From an uncultured Candidatus Bathyarchaeia archaeon (GTDB taxonomy: Archaea > Thermoproteota > Bathyarchaeia > RBG-16-48-13 > GCA-020345945), in NCBI GenBank assembly GCA_964495315.1, contig CAZBVH010000001.1, positions 11,248 to 75,247 on the forward strand: 64,000 nt of DNA, written 5' to 3'. A program made the position numbers and the translations under genes. The first letter of the stretch is position 1. The number at the start of each line of letters is the position of its first letter. The notes under the pieces were generated by a model. That model had not been told where the DNA came from, did no database searches, and worked only from the letters and a program-made list of their open reading frames with translations. This document shows, piece by piece, positions 38,436 through 48,329 of the stretch.

Positions 38436-39473
38436 CTATTTGTTCACAAAGGACGGCATAATCTCTTCAGAGAAATTCTCCATAGCCTTTGCAAGATCAT
38501 GTGGCTCCGCAACAGAGAAGTTCAACATGAAGTGTCTCACATTCACGTCGACATATCTTTGAATTCCTTCGATCACATCGTCCACGTTTCCTATCAGCGA
38601 TGTTCCCATTATGTCTTCCACCGGGGAAGGTTTCCAGCCCCATTGCTTCAATAGTGATACCTTGTGAGCGTAGGCTGGCGTCTCCCTATACCTTCTGATA
38701 GCCACCTCACGGCTCTTTGCTAGGCTTACAGGGATCTCACGTACAAGCTCGATCTCAGAAAGTTCCCTGTCATATTTCCTCAAAGCATCTCTCAACTTGG
38801 GTTGCGCGTCTCTGAACTGCTCTGGGGACATCCCGGGAACCCAGCCCTGCGCGTATCTGGCTATTCGATCCAGGATTGCAGGGGTAGCTTTGTGCTCTCC
38901 TACAACAATCGGGAGGGGCCTCTGGATGGGTTTCGGGTAAAACTCAACGTCCGTGAATCTGACGTACTTTCCAGCAAAGCTCGCCTTTGGTTTCTCGAAG
39001 AGTTCTCTCAGGCCTTGGATTCCTTCATCAAGCCTAGTCCTTCGGTCTCCAATGTTGAGGGCATTAGATTCTTCACGGTACGCTCCGACTCCCACACCTA
39101 AGATCATCCGCCCATTGGAGAGTACGTCAAGGGTTGCCAGCTGCTTGGCGAGTATTACAAGTGCAGGTGTTCTCCAAGGAAGCACCAAGACTCCTGTTGC
39201 CAGTCTTACCTTCTCTGTTACGGCAGCTATGGCTGCTAGGCTGATCAAAGGCTCATAGAATGAGGGTTTGGGCTTAACGTCCATTATGTATTCCGGTGTT
39301 GTGATGTGGTCGTTGCCCCAGACCGAGTAATAGCCGAGTTCTTCTGCTCGCTTTCCGGCGTCAACGATCGTCTCTCTCGAGGCGAAGCCTGTGGGGACCA
39401 TTAACCCCTCTCTGCCTGTAGGGACCGATACGCCAAATCGAATCATCCTTTGCTCCCCATCCTGAAGCCCCAT
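38436..39473 (-). CDS. LLM-class F420-dependent oxidoreductase
   Basis: MIRFGVSVP...ELGYYSVWGNDH...LGVGVGAY luciferase-like pattern. Confidence 0.8.
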   Translation of the reverse strand: MGLQDGEQRMIRFGVSVPTGREGLMVPTGFASRETIVDAGKRAEELGYYSVWGNDHITTPEYIMDVKPKPSFYEPLISLAAIAAVTEKVRLATGVLVLPWRTPALVILAKQLATLDVLSNGRMILGVGVGAYREESNALNIGDRRTRLDEGIQGLRELFEKPKASFAGKYVRFTDVEFYPKPIQRPLPIVVGEHKATPAILDRIARYAQGWVPGMSPEQFRDAQPKLRDALRKYDRELSEIELVREIPVSLAKSREVAIRRYRETPAYAHKVSLLKQWGWKPSPVEDIMGTSLIGNVDDVIEGIQRYVDVNVRHFMLNFSVAEPHDLAKAMENFSEEIMPSFVNK

Positions 39474-39493
39474 CCCAGCCTTCTATTTTAGAG

Positions 39494-40450
39494 TTGTTAC
39501 TCCTCTTGAGAGTGCGTTACCAAAAACCATTTCTAGTTTGGCGAGCGGTTCAAAGACTGAACAGATTGTCAGACCTTTTCAGACCTAGAGAATACTGCAG
39601 ACCGGAGAGCATAGAGGAAGCCATATCCCTGCTGGCAAGGTACGGAGAGAGAGCAAGACCGATTGCGGGCGGCACTGATCTCTTAGTCGAGAAGCCGAGT
39701 AAGGTTGAGTACCTGATTGATATCATGCGTCTGCCCTTGGCCTACATCAGAGAGAACCCTCATACTCGAGGCATAGGCATTGGTGCATTAACCACTGTCC
39801 GTGAGATAGAGACTTCAAGACTATTCGAAGATGCAAGGTTCAGGGTCTACAGCATACTGGCAGATGTAGCGAAAGAGATTGGATATGTGACGACGAGGAA
39901 CCTGGCCACCATTGGAGGCAACATCTGCAACGCTGTTCCTTCCGCAGACTTTCCGCCGGTATTGATAGCCATGGACGCCGAGGCGAGAATAGTGGGACCG
40001 AATGGAGAGAGGATTCTTCCCTTAGAGGGATTCTTTGTACAAGCCAGAAAGACGATCATGAGAAGCGACGAGTTGCTTACAGAGATCCAGGTACCAAGAC
40101 AACCTCCTCTCACCGGAGTAGCCTTCTCTAAACTTGGCAGGCTGCGTGTAGACATCGCTCTAGTAAACGTCGCCGCCCGAGTCACCCTTGGACCTGATGA
40201 AAGCTGCAAGGATGCCAGAATAGTGCTCGGAGCGGTAGCACCGACCCCCATCAGAGCCAAGAGAGCGGAAAATCTGCTCAAGGACAGGACCGTAGGAGAC
40301 GATATTATTGAAGAGGCAGCTCAAGCGGCGTCAGAGGAGACCAAGCCGATAAGTGATGTCCGTGCCTCCGCCGAGTATCGAAGAATGATGTCTAAAGTCC
40401 TAACGACTCATGTGCTCAAGCAGGCTCTTGAAAGAGCTGGAAGAGGGTGA
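39494..40450 (+). CDS. Xanthine dehydrogenase-family FAD-binding subunit (CoxM/XdhB-like)
   Basis: FAD-binding PCMH domain (AGGTDLLV, ATIGGN) and CO-dehydrogenase flavoprotein C-terminal domain. Conserved N-terminus aligns from TTG 39566 (MSDLFRPREYCRPESIEEA). Confidence 0.85.
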   Translation: MLLLLRVRYQKPFLVWRAVQRLNRLSDLFRPREYCRPESIEEAISLLARYGERARPIAGGTDLLVEKPSKVEYLIDIMRLPLAYIRENPHTRGIGIGALTTVREIETSRLFEDARFRVYSILADVAKEIGYVTTRNLATIGGNICNAVPSADFPPVLIAMDAEARIVGPNGERILPLEGFFVQARKTIMRSDELLTEIQVPRQPPLTGVAFSKLGRLRVDIALVNVAARVTLGPDESCKDARIVLGAVAPTPIRAKRAENLLKDRTVGDDIIEEAAQAASEETKPISDVRASAEYRRMMSKVLTTHVLKQALERAGRG

Positions 40451-40938
40451 CCGACCTGGGAAAGTTCTCAATCAGATTAAATGTAAACGGAGAAACCCGC
40501 GAGGTCATGGTGCGGCCTCACTGGACTCTACTATATGTTCTCAGGGAGGAACTCGGGCTTGCCGGACCGAAACTCAGCTGCGGCTCCGGCGAATGTGGAG
40601 CATGCACCGTTCTCATGGATGGAAAGGTGGTCCCCTCCTGTCTGGTACTGGCGGCACAGGCTGAAGGCAAAAAGATAATCACGATCGAGGGTCTCGCAGA
40701 CGGAACCACGCTACATCCCCTGCAGGAGGCATTCGTTGAACATGGTGCTGTCCAATGCGGCTTCTGCACGCCCGGAATGATCATCTCCGCGAAAGCGTTG
40801 CTGGATGAGAACCCTTGCCCGACAGAGGAGGATGTAAAGGAAGCTATTGCCGGAAACATATGCAGATGTACAGGCTACTCCAACATAGTGGAGGCCATAC
40901 TGGACGCTGCAAGCAAGATCAAGAGAGGTGTGAATTAA
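40447..40938 (+). CDS. Xanthine dehydrogenase-family [2Fe-2S] small subunit (CoxS-like)
   Basis: Plant-type ferredoxin Cys motif CGSGECGACTV and second-cluster motif QCGFCTPGM...CRCTGY. ATGA overlap with the upstream gene. Confidence 0.9.
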   Translation: MTDLGKFSIRLNVNGETREVMVRPHWTLLYVLREELGLAGPKLSCGSGECGACTVLMDGKVVPSCLVLAAQAEGKKIITIEGLADGTTLHPLQEAFVEHGAVQCGFCTPGMIISAKALLDENPCPTEEDVKEAIAGNICRCTGYSNIVEAILDAASKIKRGVN

Positions 40939-40939
40939 G

Positions 40940-43291
40940 ATGCCAGTTGTGGGCAAACGTGTACCAATGACGAAAACACATGATGCGTTTGAGAAAGTGA
41001 CGGGCAGGGCAACGTACACAACAGACCTTAAGTTACCCGGCATGTCGTATGCAAAGATCCTCAGAAGCCCTTATGCCCACGCGATAGTTGCAAGGGTTGA
41101 TGCGAGAAGAGCGGAGGGAGTCTCTGGCGTTGTGGCAGTGCTAACTTCAAAGGACGTATCTTCCGAACCGCACGGCACCTTTCCTCTGCCACACCCACAG
41201 GACTTGTATACACTACCCCCTATCGGCGGCAAGGTACGCTACGTGGGGGATCCGGTGGCTGCGGTGGCAGCCAAAGACATCGACACAGCTGAGGAAGCCC
41301 TAGAACTGATAGATGTGGAATACAAGGAGCTGCCCTCGGTCCTCGACCCTGAGGAGGCCCTCAAGCCTGATGCACCAAGGATACATCCGTGGGGCAACCT
41401 CGCAGTAGACCCCATGAACATAGAATTCGGCGACATTGAGAAAGGCTTCAAGGAAGCCGACTACGTATTTGAAGACACCTACAGAACATCGATTCAATGC
41501 CATGCCTGTGCTGAAACACATTCGTGCGTGGCAGACTGGGACGAGGATGGAAAGATAACGGTTTGGGCAGGCACTCAGGCTCCCTTTGCCACTCGAGAGT
41601 GCCTAGCCTTAGCTCTTGGCATCTCGGAAGATAGGATCAGGGTTGTGGTTCCGCCCGGCGGTTTCGGAGGGGGTTTCGGAAGCAAGAAGGAAGTCCAATC
41701 CTTGAGCCTGGACATTGCCGCTCTCTTGGCCAAGAAAGCGGGTAGACCAGTGAAACTGGTGTTCACTAGGGAAGAAGAGTTTGCTTGCACTGAAACACGC
41801 CACCCTACCGTTGTTCGCCTAAAAACTGGGGTAAAGAAAGATGGGACCCTGACAGTGAGGCACTCAAAGACGATCTACGATACTGGTGCATACGCCAGTC
41901 ACGGATCATTTGTCTTTACGCGTGCGATGCGCTCCCTTGCACTCTGGAGATGCGCCAACATAAAGTACGAGGGGCTTCTCGTCTACACCAACAAGGTTGT
42001 TGCTGGGGCAATGCGAGGATATGGAAACCCACAGCATACGTTTGCGGTTGAGCTTCAGAACGATCAGATCGCTGAAGAGCTGGGGATCGACCCGATGGAG
42101 TGGAGACTGAAGAATCACATACGAGTCGGTGACATAGATAAGGCACCAGGGCGCGGGGATCCTGGCAAACCCATAGGTGGTAGTAACTGGATACCGGCGT
42201 TGTATAAGATCCAGAGTTGTGGTCTCAGTGAATGCATAGTGAAGGGTGCGGAGAGCATCGGTTGGGAGAGAAGGAAGATGAAGCCTGGAGAGGTCGGGGA
42301 AACAAGGAAACGAGGTATAGGTATGGCTTGCGGTATGCATAGCAGCGGAACGATGCCTACTCCCCGATTCTCCAGCGTCTATATCAGGCTGAACGAGGAT
42401 GGCAGGATAGACATAATTTCAGGCGGGTGCGACCACGGAGGAACAGGACAGCATACCGTAATAGCGCAGATCGCCGCCGAAGAACTGGGGGTGCCCTTGG
42501 AAACGATAACTGTAACAGCCGAGGATACGGGCGTCACTCCATATGATTCAGGGACGGCTGGCGCCAGTGGTGGCACCTACACCGTAGGAGGGGCACTTGT
42601 AGAGGCGATAACGGATCTGAAGAAGAAGCTTCTCAGACAAGCTTCGACCATGTTGAAGGCACATGTCGAAGATCTGGAGATAGAGAAAGGGTACGTCCAT
42701 GTTAAAGGAGCCCCCGATAAGCAATTGTCCTTTAAAGACATAGCCGGGAAGGCTCGAGTAGACAGACATCCTTACACCTATCTGGAGGGTGATGGGTACT
42801 ACTATTATCCAGCCACAAATGCGCCTCCCTTCTTCGTGGACTTCGCGGAAGTGGAGGTGGACACCGAAACCGGGCAGGTCAAGGTGCTCAAGATAGTGGC
42901 GGCTCACGACAGCGGTAGGGCCATCAACCCAATGTTCTTTGAGGGACAGGTTCAAGGAGGGATACAGCAGGGCGTAGGATATGCCCTCACCGAGCGGCTC
43001 ATAGTAGATGAGGTGACTGGGATGCCGCTCAACCCCACATTCTTGGACTATAACGTGCTGAGGGCGGTCGACATGCCTGAGACCGAAGTGATAATTGTGG
43101 AGACGGAGGAGCCTACAGGCCCTCTTGGAGCGAAAGGGCTTGGTGAACCGTGCTCGGTCTCTGTTGCCCCAGCAGTAGTGAATGCCGTGTGCGACGCAAT
43201 AGGAGTACGCATCAAAGAGCTTCCAATAACGCCGGAGAAGGTCCTTCAAGCGTTAACAGAAAAAGAGCAACAAGAGCGAATTGCCCACTAG
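40940..43291 (+). CDS. Xanthine dehydrogenase/aldehyde oxidase-family molybdopterin-binding large subunit (CoxL-like)
   Basis: 783 aa with colinear a/b-hammerhead and MoCo-binding domains. Starts 2 nt after the small-subunit stop. Confidence 0.9.
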   Translation: MPVVGKRVPMTKTHDAFEKVTGRATYTTDLKLPGMSYAKILRSPYAHAIVARVDARRAEGVSGVVAVLTSKDVSSEPHGTFPLPHPQDLYTLPPIGGKVRYVGDPVAAVAAKDIDTAEEALELIDVEYKELPSVLDPEEALKPDAPRIHPWGNLAVDPMNIEFGDIEKGFKEADYVFEDTYRTSIQCHACAETHSCVADWDEDGKITVWAGTQAPFATRECLALALGISEDRIRVVVPPGGFGGGFGSKKEVQSLSLDIAALLAKKAGRPVKLVFTREEEFACTETRHPTVVRLKTGVKKDGTLTVRHSKTIYDTGAYASHGSFVFTRAMRSLALWRCANIKYEGLLVYTNKVVAGAMRGYGNPQHTFAVELQNDQIAEELGIDPMEWRLKNHIRVGDIDKAPGRGDPGKPIGGSNWIPALYKIQSCGLSECIVKGAESIGWERRKMKPGEVGETRKRGIGMACGMHSSGTMPTPRFSSVYIRLNEDGRIDIISGGCDHGGTGQHTVIAQIAAEELGVPLETITVTAEDTGVTPYDSGTAGASGGTYTVGGALVEAITDLKKKLLRQASTMLKAHVEDLEIEKGYVHVKGAPDKQLSFKDIAGKARVDRHPYTYLEGDGYYYYPATNAPPFFVDFAEVEVDTETGQVKVLKIVAAHDSGRAINPMFFEGQVQGGIQQGVGYALTERLIVDEVTGMPLNPTFLDYNVLRAVDMPETEVIIVETEEPTGPLGAKGLGEPCSVSVAPAVVNAVCDAIGVRIKELPITPEKVLQALTEKEQQERIAH

Positions 43292-43313
43292 GCGAGTCAG
43301 TGGAAGGTTGGGT

Positions 43314-45044
43314 TCACGGGTGTTTGCAGATCACATCTATTAGCGCCTGTCTCTTCTCTTGCCTTGCCACACTCAGGCCTCTCGTCAACGCCTCTTTTAG
43401 TTCTACAGGGTCTTCAACGGTCTCTCCGTAGCCGTGGTTTGCCCTCGCGATCTCGGCGTATTTCGGACTTGGATCGAGGTCCACAGCGACGAAGTTGCCC
43501 GTCCTGACGGACCAACCGTTCGGGAAGAGCGTTCTCACTGTACGTTTCACGGCGTTGTAGCATTGATTATTGAAGATCACTGTCAGGAAAGGAATCTTGT
43601 ACCTGCTTGAAACCCAGTGGCAGGCGGTTGGAACAGCGAACATGTAACTTCCGTCGCCTACACAGGCGATGACCGTCTGTTCGGGTGCTGCCATCTTTGC
43701 CCCTAATGCGACCCCCATACCCAGTCCAAGCCAGCCTGCTGGTGAGCTTCTGAAGTAGGTTCCAGGTTTGCTGAGCTGAATCTGAGCCGCCTCAAGGTCA
43801 TACTCGTCGACAATTATTGTGTTCTCATCTTTCACCTCGTTCACAACGTAGGACAGCCAGGTAAAACTGATCGGCTTCTCATCCTTGGCTTTGAAGGCGG
43901 CTTTTCTCCAGAGGCCTCTCTGTCTGCTGTGTTCACTCCTGATCTTCTCGAACCTGTCCTCGATCTCCTCGCGTTTCCCTTCATTGTCCGAGATGAGTTC
44001 CTCTAGAATGGATTTGAGGGCAGGGATCGCTAGTCTCGGGTCCGCTGTGATCGGCATGTCAACTGGGTATCCCCAGATGGGGTAGGATGTGTAGGCTGGA
44101 TCCACGTCTATCTGAATGACTTCAGCGCCTTCCTTGGGCTTGGTGACCTTCGGGATCCACGGTATGTCGCTGTCAATCAGCATGATCACGTCAGCTCCCT
44201 CAAGATAGGGTTTCACATCGTATCCAACGTGGAGCGGGTTCTCCGTGGGGAAGTTCATGAAGTATTTTGGCGCTTCGACGACAGGAATTGCTAAGAGTTC
44301 GGCTAGCTCCACGAGTTTGCTGACGGCCTCGGGTCGTCTGCCCAGTCGGCTGGTTATGATAAGAGGGTTGTCTGCGTCCAGTAACAGCCGCGCGACCTCC
44401 TTAAGCTTCCCAATATCTGCATTTGGGGGGGATACTGGCTGCCTCGTCTTTGTAGGAGTTGCCTCGCTTCCCCTCACCTCTTCCATCAGCCACTCTCTTG
44501 GAAGTATAAGGTAGACCGGACCTTGCGGCTCGGCTGTTGCTATCTTGAAGGCTCTCTCGACCACTGTCTTGAGCTGTTTGGTCGTTCTCAGCTCATAGTC
44601 CCACTTTACGAACTCCCTCAACAGACTTCCCTGATCGAAGGACTCCTGCCCCCAGTGCACTGATATGTCTCGGCTTCCCTCGTAACCCTCCTCGGTGACA
44701 GGTGTCCGGCCCGCGGTGAAGATCATGGGTACGCGCGCACGGTAGGCGCTCATCACTGCACCGAGCGCGTTCGCGGCGCCAACTATGACGTGTACCATTA
44801 CCGCCTGCGGCCTTCCTGAGACTAGGGCATATCCATATGCCATGCCCATCGCGGGTATTTCGTGGGGGACGAGGACCGGCTTCGGATTCTCCACTCCTTT
44901 TGCTGCAAACTTAGCGAAGACCTCATTTATCGGAGCGGTATCTGTCCCCGGATTGATGAACAAGTAGTCCACACCGTTCGCCGCGAGCAGTCTGAGGTAT
45001 GCCTCAGCACAGCTCTCACCCTGTTCGACGATCTCTTCCGACAT
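43314..45044 (-). CDS. Thiamine-pyrophosphate-dependent enzyme (acetolactate synthase/benzoylformate decarboxylase-like)
   Basis: 576 aa. N-terminal TPP-Pyr domain, central domain and C-terminal TPP-PP domain with the GDGS...N motif. Confidence 0.85.
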   Translation of the reverse strand: MSEEIVEQGESCAEAYLRLLAANGVDYLFINPGTDTAPINEVFAKFAAKGVENPKPVLVPHEIPAMGMAYGYALVSGRPQAVMVHVIVGAANALGAVMSAYRARVPMIFTAGRTPVTEEGYEGSRDISVHWGQESFDQGSLLREFVKWDYELRTTKQLKTVVERAFKIATAEPQGPVYLILPREWLMEEVRGSEATPTKTRQPVSPPNADIGKLKEVARLLLDADNPLIITSRLGRRPEAVSKLVELAELLAIPVVEAPKYFMNFPTENPLHVGYDVKPYLEGADVIMLIDSDIPWIPKVTKPKEGAEVIQIDVDPAYTSYPIWGYPVDMPITADPRLAIPALKSILEELISDNEGKREEIEDRFEKIRSEHSRQRGLWRKAAFKAKDEKPISFTWLSYVVNEVKDENTIIVDEYDLEAAQIQLSKPGTYFRSSPAGWLGLGMGVALGAKMAAPEQTVIACVGDGSYMFAVPTACHWVSSRYKIPFLTVIFNNQCYNAVKRTVRTLFPNGWSVRTGNFVAVDLDPSPKYAEIARANHGYGETVEDPVELKEALTRGLSVARQEKRQALIDVICKHP

Positions 45045-45071
45045 CTTTTCAACCGACCTCTTCAGGTAGAC

Positions 45072-45800
45072 CTATCTCCTCTCGGTCTCTCGCAGGAATT
45101 CCTTGGCGCCCTCTAGGAATAGATCGTTTGTACGCGCCTCTGCCGTGACATCCGACTTCAACTTCTTGCCTGCCGCCCGGATCTGCAATGTGGCTTGCCG
45201 GATCGCCTCCACCACACGGGGATGGTCCGGCTCGCCGGGTAATCCTATCGACTGCGCTAGGTCATTAGGTCCGAAGGCGAATAGTTCGAGGTGCTCTACC
45301 TTCAGGATCTCAGGCAGGTTCTGGAGGGCTTGGGCATCCTCCAGTAGGGCGATCGGCAGTATCTCCTCGTTGACTTGCTCCATGAAGGTGCGACGTTCTC
45401 GACCGCTCGCCTGCACGCCGTAGTTGTTGCCCCTGCCCCCACCGAAACTGCGACTCCCTCCAGGGGCGAAGAAGCAAGCCTTCGTGAAGGCTTCAGCGTC
45501 ATCCTTGGTGATGATGTGGGGTCCCATGATGCCCATGATCCCCCGGTCTAAGAACTGTAGTATCGTGGAGGGCTCGGTGTTCGAAACACGCGCAATGGGT
45601 GTGAGTCCAACTAGGTCAGCTGCCCGGCACATCTCCTCGATGTCCTTCAGAGTGAAGACGCCGTGCTCCCCATCCAGGAAGACGTAGTCGAAGCCAGCAT
45701 ACCCCATTAGCTCGATTAGAGTGGCTGAGGGGAAGACTAGTTGACAGCCGAAAGCCTTCTTCCCAGCTCTCATCTTAGCCTTGACCTTGTTAGTTCGCAT
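45072..45800 (-). CDS. HpcH/HpaI-family 2-keto-3-deoxy-acid aldolase
   Basis: GCQLVFPSATLIELMGYAGFDYVFLDGEHG and downstream metal-binding E/D pattern. Start set at MRTNKVKAK; the longer ORF adds 18 non-conserved residues. Confidence 0.8.
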   Translation of the reverse strand: MRTNKVKAKMRAGKKAFGCQLVFPSATLIELMGYAGFDYVFLDGEHGVFTLKDIEEMCRAADLVGLTPIARVSNTEPSTILQFLDRGIMGIMGPHIITKDDAEAFTKACFFAPGGSRSFGGGRGNNYGVQASGRERRTFMEQVNEEILPIALLEDAQALQNLPEILKVEHLELFAFGPNDLAQSIGLPGEPDHPRVVEAIRQATLQIRAAGKKLKSDVTAEARTNDLFLEGAKEFLRETERR

Positions 45801-46004
45801 GAAATCTCCCCATCCTAGAATCTCCATTCGAAATATTGGCTTTTTCCATTCCACTCCTGCATAACCTGCGAAAGTTGAAAGCTTCGATTGCCCGCTGATG
45901 GCACAGGTTTCAACAGTGTGCTACATTCAACTCCATTACTCCTATATCTATCCATAGAACGTATCCCCTGAGTTAAGTGTTCAATCCACGCTGAACTGCA
46001 GTCG

Positions 46005-46871
46005 GTGGCGAATGGGTTGAGAAATAGGAAACAACTGTCGCCAATAGAGGCCTCAGAGCCGAGACCTACATACCTAGAACTCATGGCTGACTTGGGCGCC
46101 GCGAGACACATAGGAGGTCTAAAAGCTACAAGAGAGCTGCTCGAACTATGCCACATAGACAAAGCCAGATACGTCCTGGACGTCGGCTGTGGCATTGGAA
46201 AGACTCCTTGTTACATCGCAAAGAGATATGACTGTAGAGTGGTCGGCGTGGACATCTCTCAAAGAATGATCGACTTGTCAAGAGAAAGGGCTGAGAGGGA
46301 AGGCTTACAGAAGAAGGTTGAATTCAGGATTGCAGACGCACAAGACCTCCCTCTCGAAGACGACCTCTTCGACGCGGTCATCTGTGAGTCCGTAACCGTG
46401 TTTGTGGAAGACAAACAGAGGGCGGTAAACGAGTACATGCGAGTGACAAAGCCGGGGGGATATGTCGGGCTTAACGAGGCAACTTGGATGAAGACACCAC
46501 CCCCAACAGAAGTTCTTGAGTACACATCCCGCACCTTCCACAGCGTCAAGCTGGAAACTTCTGATACTTGGGTAGAACTCTTGGAAACCTCAGGACTGAA
46601 AGACATAGTGGCTAGAACCTACAAGATTGCCTACCTCGACGAGGTGATTAGTAGGGTAAAGTGGCTCGGTCTCAGAGACGTAGTATCAATCTGGTATAGA
46701 ATACTGTGCCTGTACATCGCAAGCCCAGCTCACAGGAGGGCGATAAGAGACCTGGCAGGAGAGGCGCAGAGCACTCCTGAGGGCTTCTACGAGTACTTCA
46801 GGTACGGAATATACGTAGGCAAGAAGAATGAGACCTCTAACACTTTGCGCCGGCGTAATGCTAGGCTATGA
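46005..46871 (+). CDS. Class I SAM-dependent methyltransferase
   Basis: VLDVGCGIGKTP motif I, acidic motif II (VGVDIS) and motif III in a Rossmann fold. Confidence 0.8.
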   Translation: MANGLRNRKQLSPIEASEPRPTYLELMADLGAARHIGGLKATRELLELCHIDKARYVLDVGCGIGKTPCYIAKRYDCRVVGVDISQRMIDLSRERAEREGLQKKVEFRIADAQDLPLEDDLFDAVICESVTVFVEDKQRAVNEYMRVTKPGGYVGLNEATWMKTPPPTEVLEYTSRTFHSVKLETSDTWVELLETSGLKDIVARTYKIAYLDEVISRVKWLGLRDVVSIWYRILCLYIASPAHRRAIRDLAGEAQSTPEGFYEYFRYGIYVGKKNETSNTLRRRNARL

Positions 46872-46977
46872 CGCGGTTCTCCCCTACCGCTACCAAACGA
46901 CAGATCTCACTCAGCATGCCAATGATGTTCACTAGGCTTTGACCAAAGCTGGCTGCGATGGCAAGGTATGGCGTCCA

Positions 46978-47322
46978 CTAGTAAACGCGAGGGCTGGTGT
47001 CAGACTGGAGTGTTTCCATTGGGTCACCGAATCCCATCGTCTCGCTCTCTAGCCTAGTCTTCATGGTTCTTCGTCTATGAGCTATAATGAGCAATACTGC
47101 GACGCTGATTAATGCCCAGGCGACTATGTCGGCGATCAAGTATAGCAAGTTGACTCGCCAAGGGAAGTATTTTGGGGCTAGTACAAGTCGGATAAGCCAA
47201 GGAAACGGATATCCGTAATAGTCTGCGCCAACGAGCATAGTTGTTCTGTTCGGGATCAGACCTGTCAAGAAGGTCGTTGCCATTCCATTGATGGTCGCTG
47301 AAAGCAGGATCTTCCGACTCAC
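46978..47322 (-). CDS. Hypothetical small membrane protein
   Basis: 114 aa ORF with two predicted TM segments in an otherwise unassigned gap. No recognisable family. Confidence 0.3.
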   Translation of the reverse strand: MSRKILLSATINGMATTFLTGLIPNRTTMLVGADYYGYPFPWLIRLVLAPKYFPWRVNLLYLIADIVAWALISVAVLLIIAHRRRTMKTRLESETMGFGDPMETLQSDTSPRVY

Positions 47323-47611
47323 TTATTTCACCTTGTCCCCCATTAGGACTGGATTCGCCTAGGTGAGATGCCGCTTATTGGCTTTTCAACTTCACCGATC
47401 ATCCATATCCGACACATCGGCCAGACAAGCGAAACGCCTCGCAGGCCAGCACTCATTATCGCACACGAGGGTTGACGGCGAAAGCCGAAGCGTTGTCTCT
47501 TATCTTCTAGTCAGTGCATCCGAGTGCCGCGAAAAGTTATGTTGAGTTGCTAAACTCTTATGATCGGTATCTTCACATTGCGCGGTTCACACAACACACT
47601 GGGGATCTGTA

Positions 47612-48235
47612 ATGGCAGTGAAGGTCTTGATTCTAAGCAAGAACGATCGGTACCATCTACTTGAAGAACTCGGCTCAAAGATCCTTGACTGGTTAAAAGA
47701 GCTGGAAGAGGTCCGAACGGAAGTCAGCCATGACAAGGGAATTCTTGCCAGTAGAGAACTGGACACTTGCGATATCTGCATTCTTTGCACAACGATGGGT
47801 GACCTCACAGCCGAACAGGAAGAGGGGATAGTTGAGTTCGTTGAAGACGGAAAGAACCTCTTCGGTATCCATTCCGCCACAGTCATCAATGAGGAACGCA
47901 AGAGATACATCAGCCTAATCGGTGGCAGGTTCACGCACCATCCTCCTCGGCATGAGTTTCAGGTGAGGATCGAAGACAAAGGTCACCCTATCACAGGCGG
48001 GATCGAGGACTTCAAGGTCACCGATGAGCTCTATATCTTGGATCGTGCGCCAGAAGGCGCCCATATCCTGGCAACCGCTCTGTGTGAGGGCAAAGCACAG
48101 CCCCTCCTCTACGCGAAGAGAGTGGGAAAAGGTAAGGTACTCTACAACGCATTGGGTCATGATCAAGCGACCTACAATCATCCCATATTCCGAAGGCTGG
48201 TGATCCAGGGAATCCAATGGATGATCAGCAGATAA
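47612..48235 (+). CDS. ThuA-like (class I glutamine amidotransferase-like) protein
   Basis: 207 aa. ...LFGIHSA...YNALGHD...HPIFRRLVIQGIQW resembles the ThuA C-terminal signature. Confidence 0.6.
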   Translation: MAVKVLILSKNDRYHLLEELGSKILDWLKELEEVRTEVSHDKGILASRELDTCDICILCTTMGDLTAEQEEGIVEFVEDGKNLFGIHSATVINEERKRYISLIGGRFTHHPPRHEFQVRIEDKGHPITGGIEDFKVTDELYILDRAPEGAHILATALCEGKAQPLLYAKRVGKGKVLYNALGHDQATYNHPIFRRLVIQGIQWMISR

Positions 48236-48329
48236 CGCATAAGTCTTTCAGCCTATGCCCAGTGTCGCAGAGAAACCCTAGAATATCTATGACGTTTCTT
48301 CCCTTCTCCTCCCGTGCAAGCGATACCTG

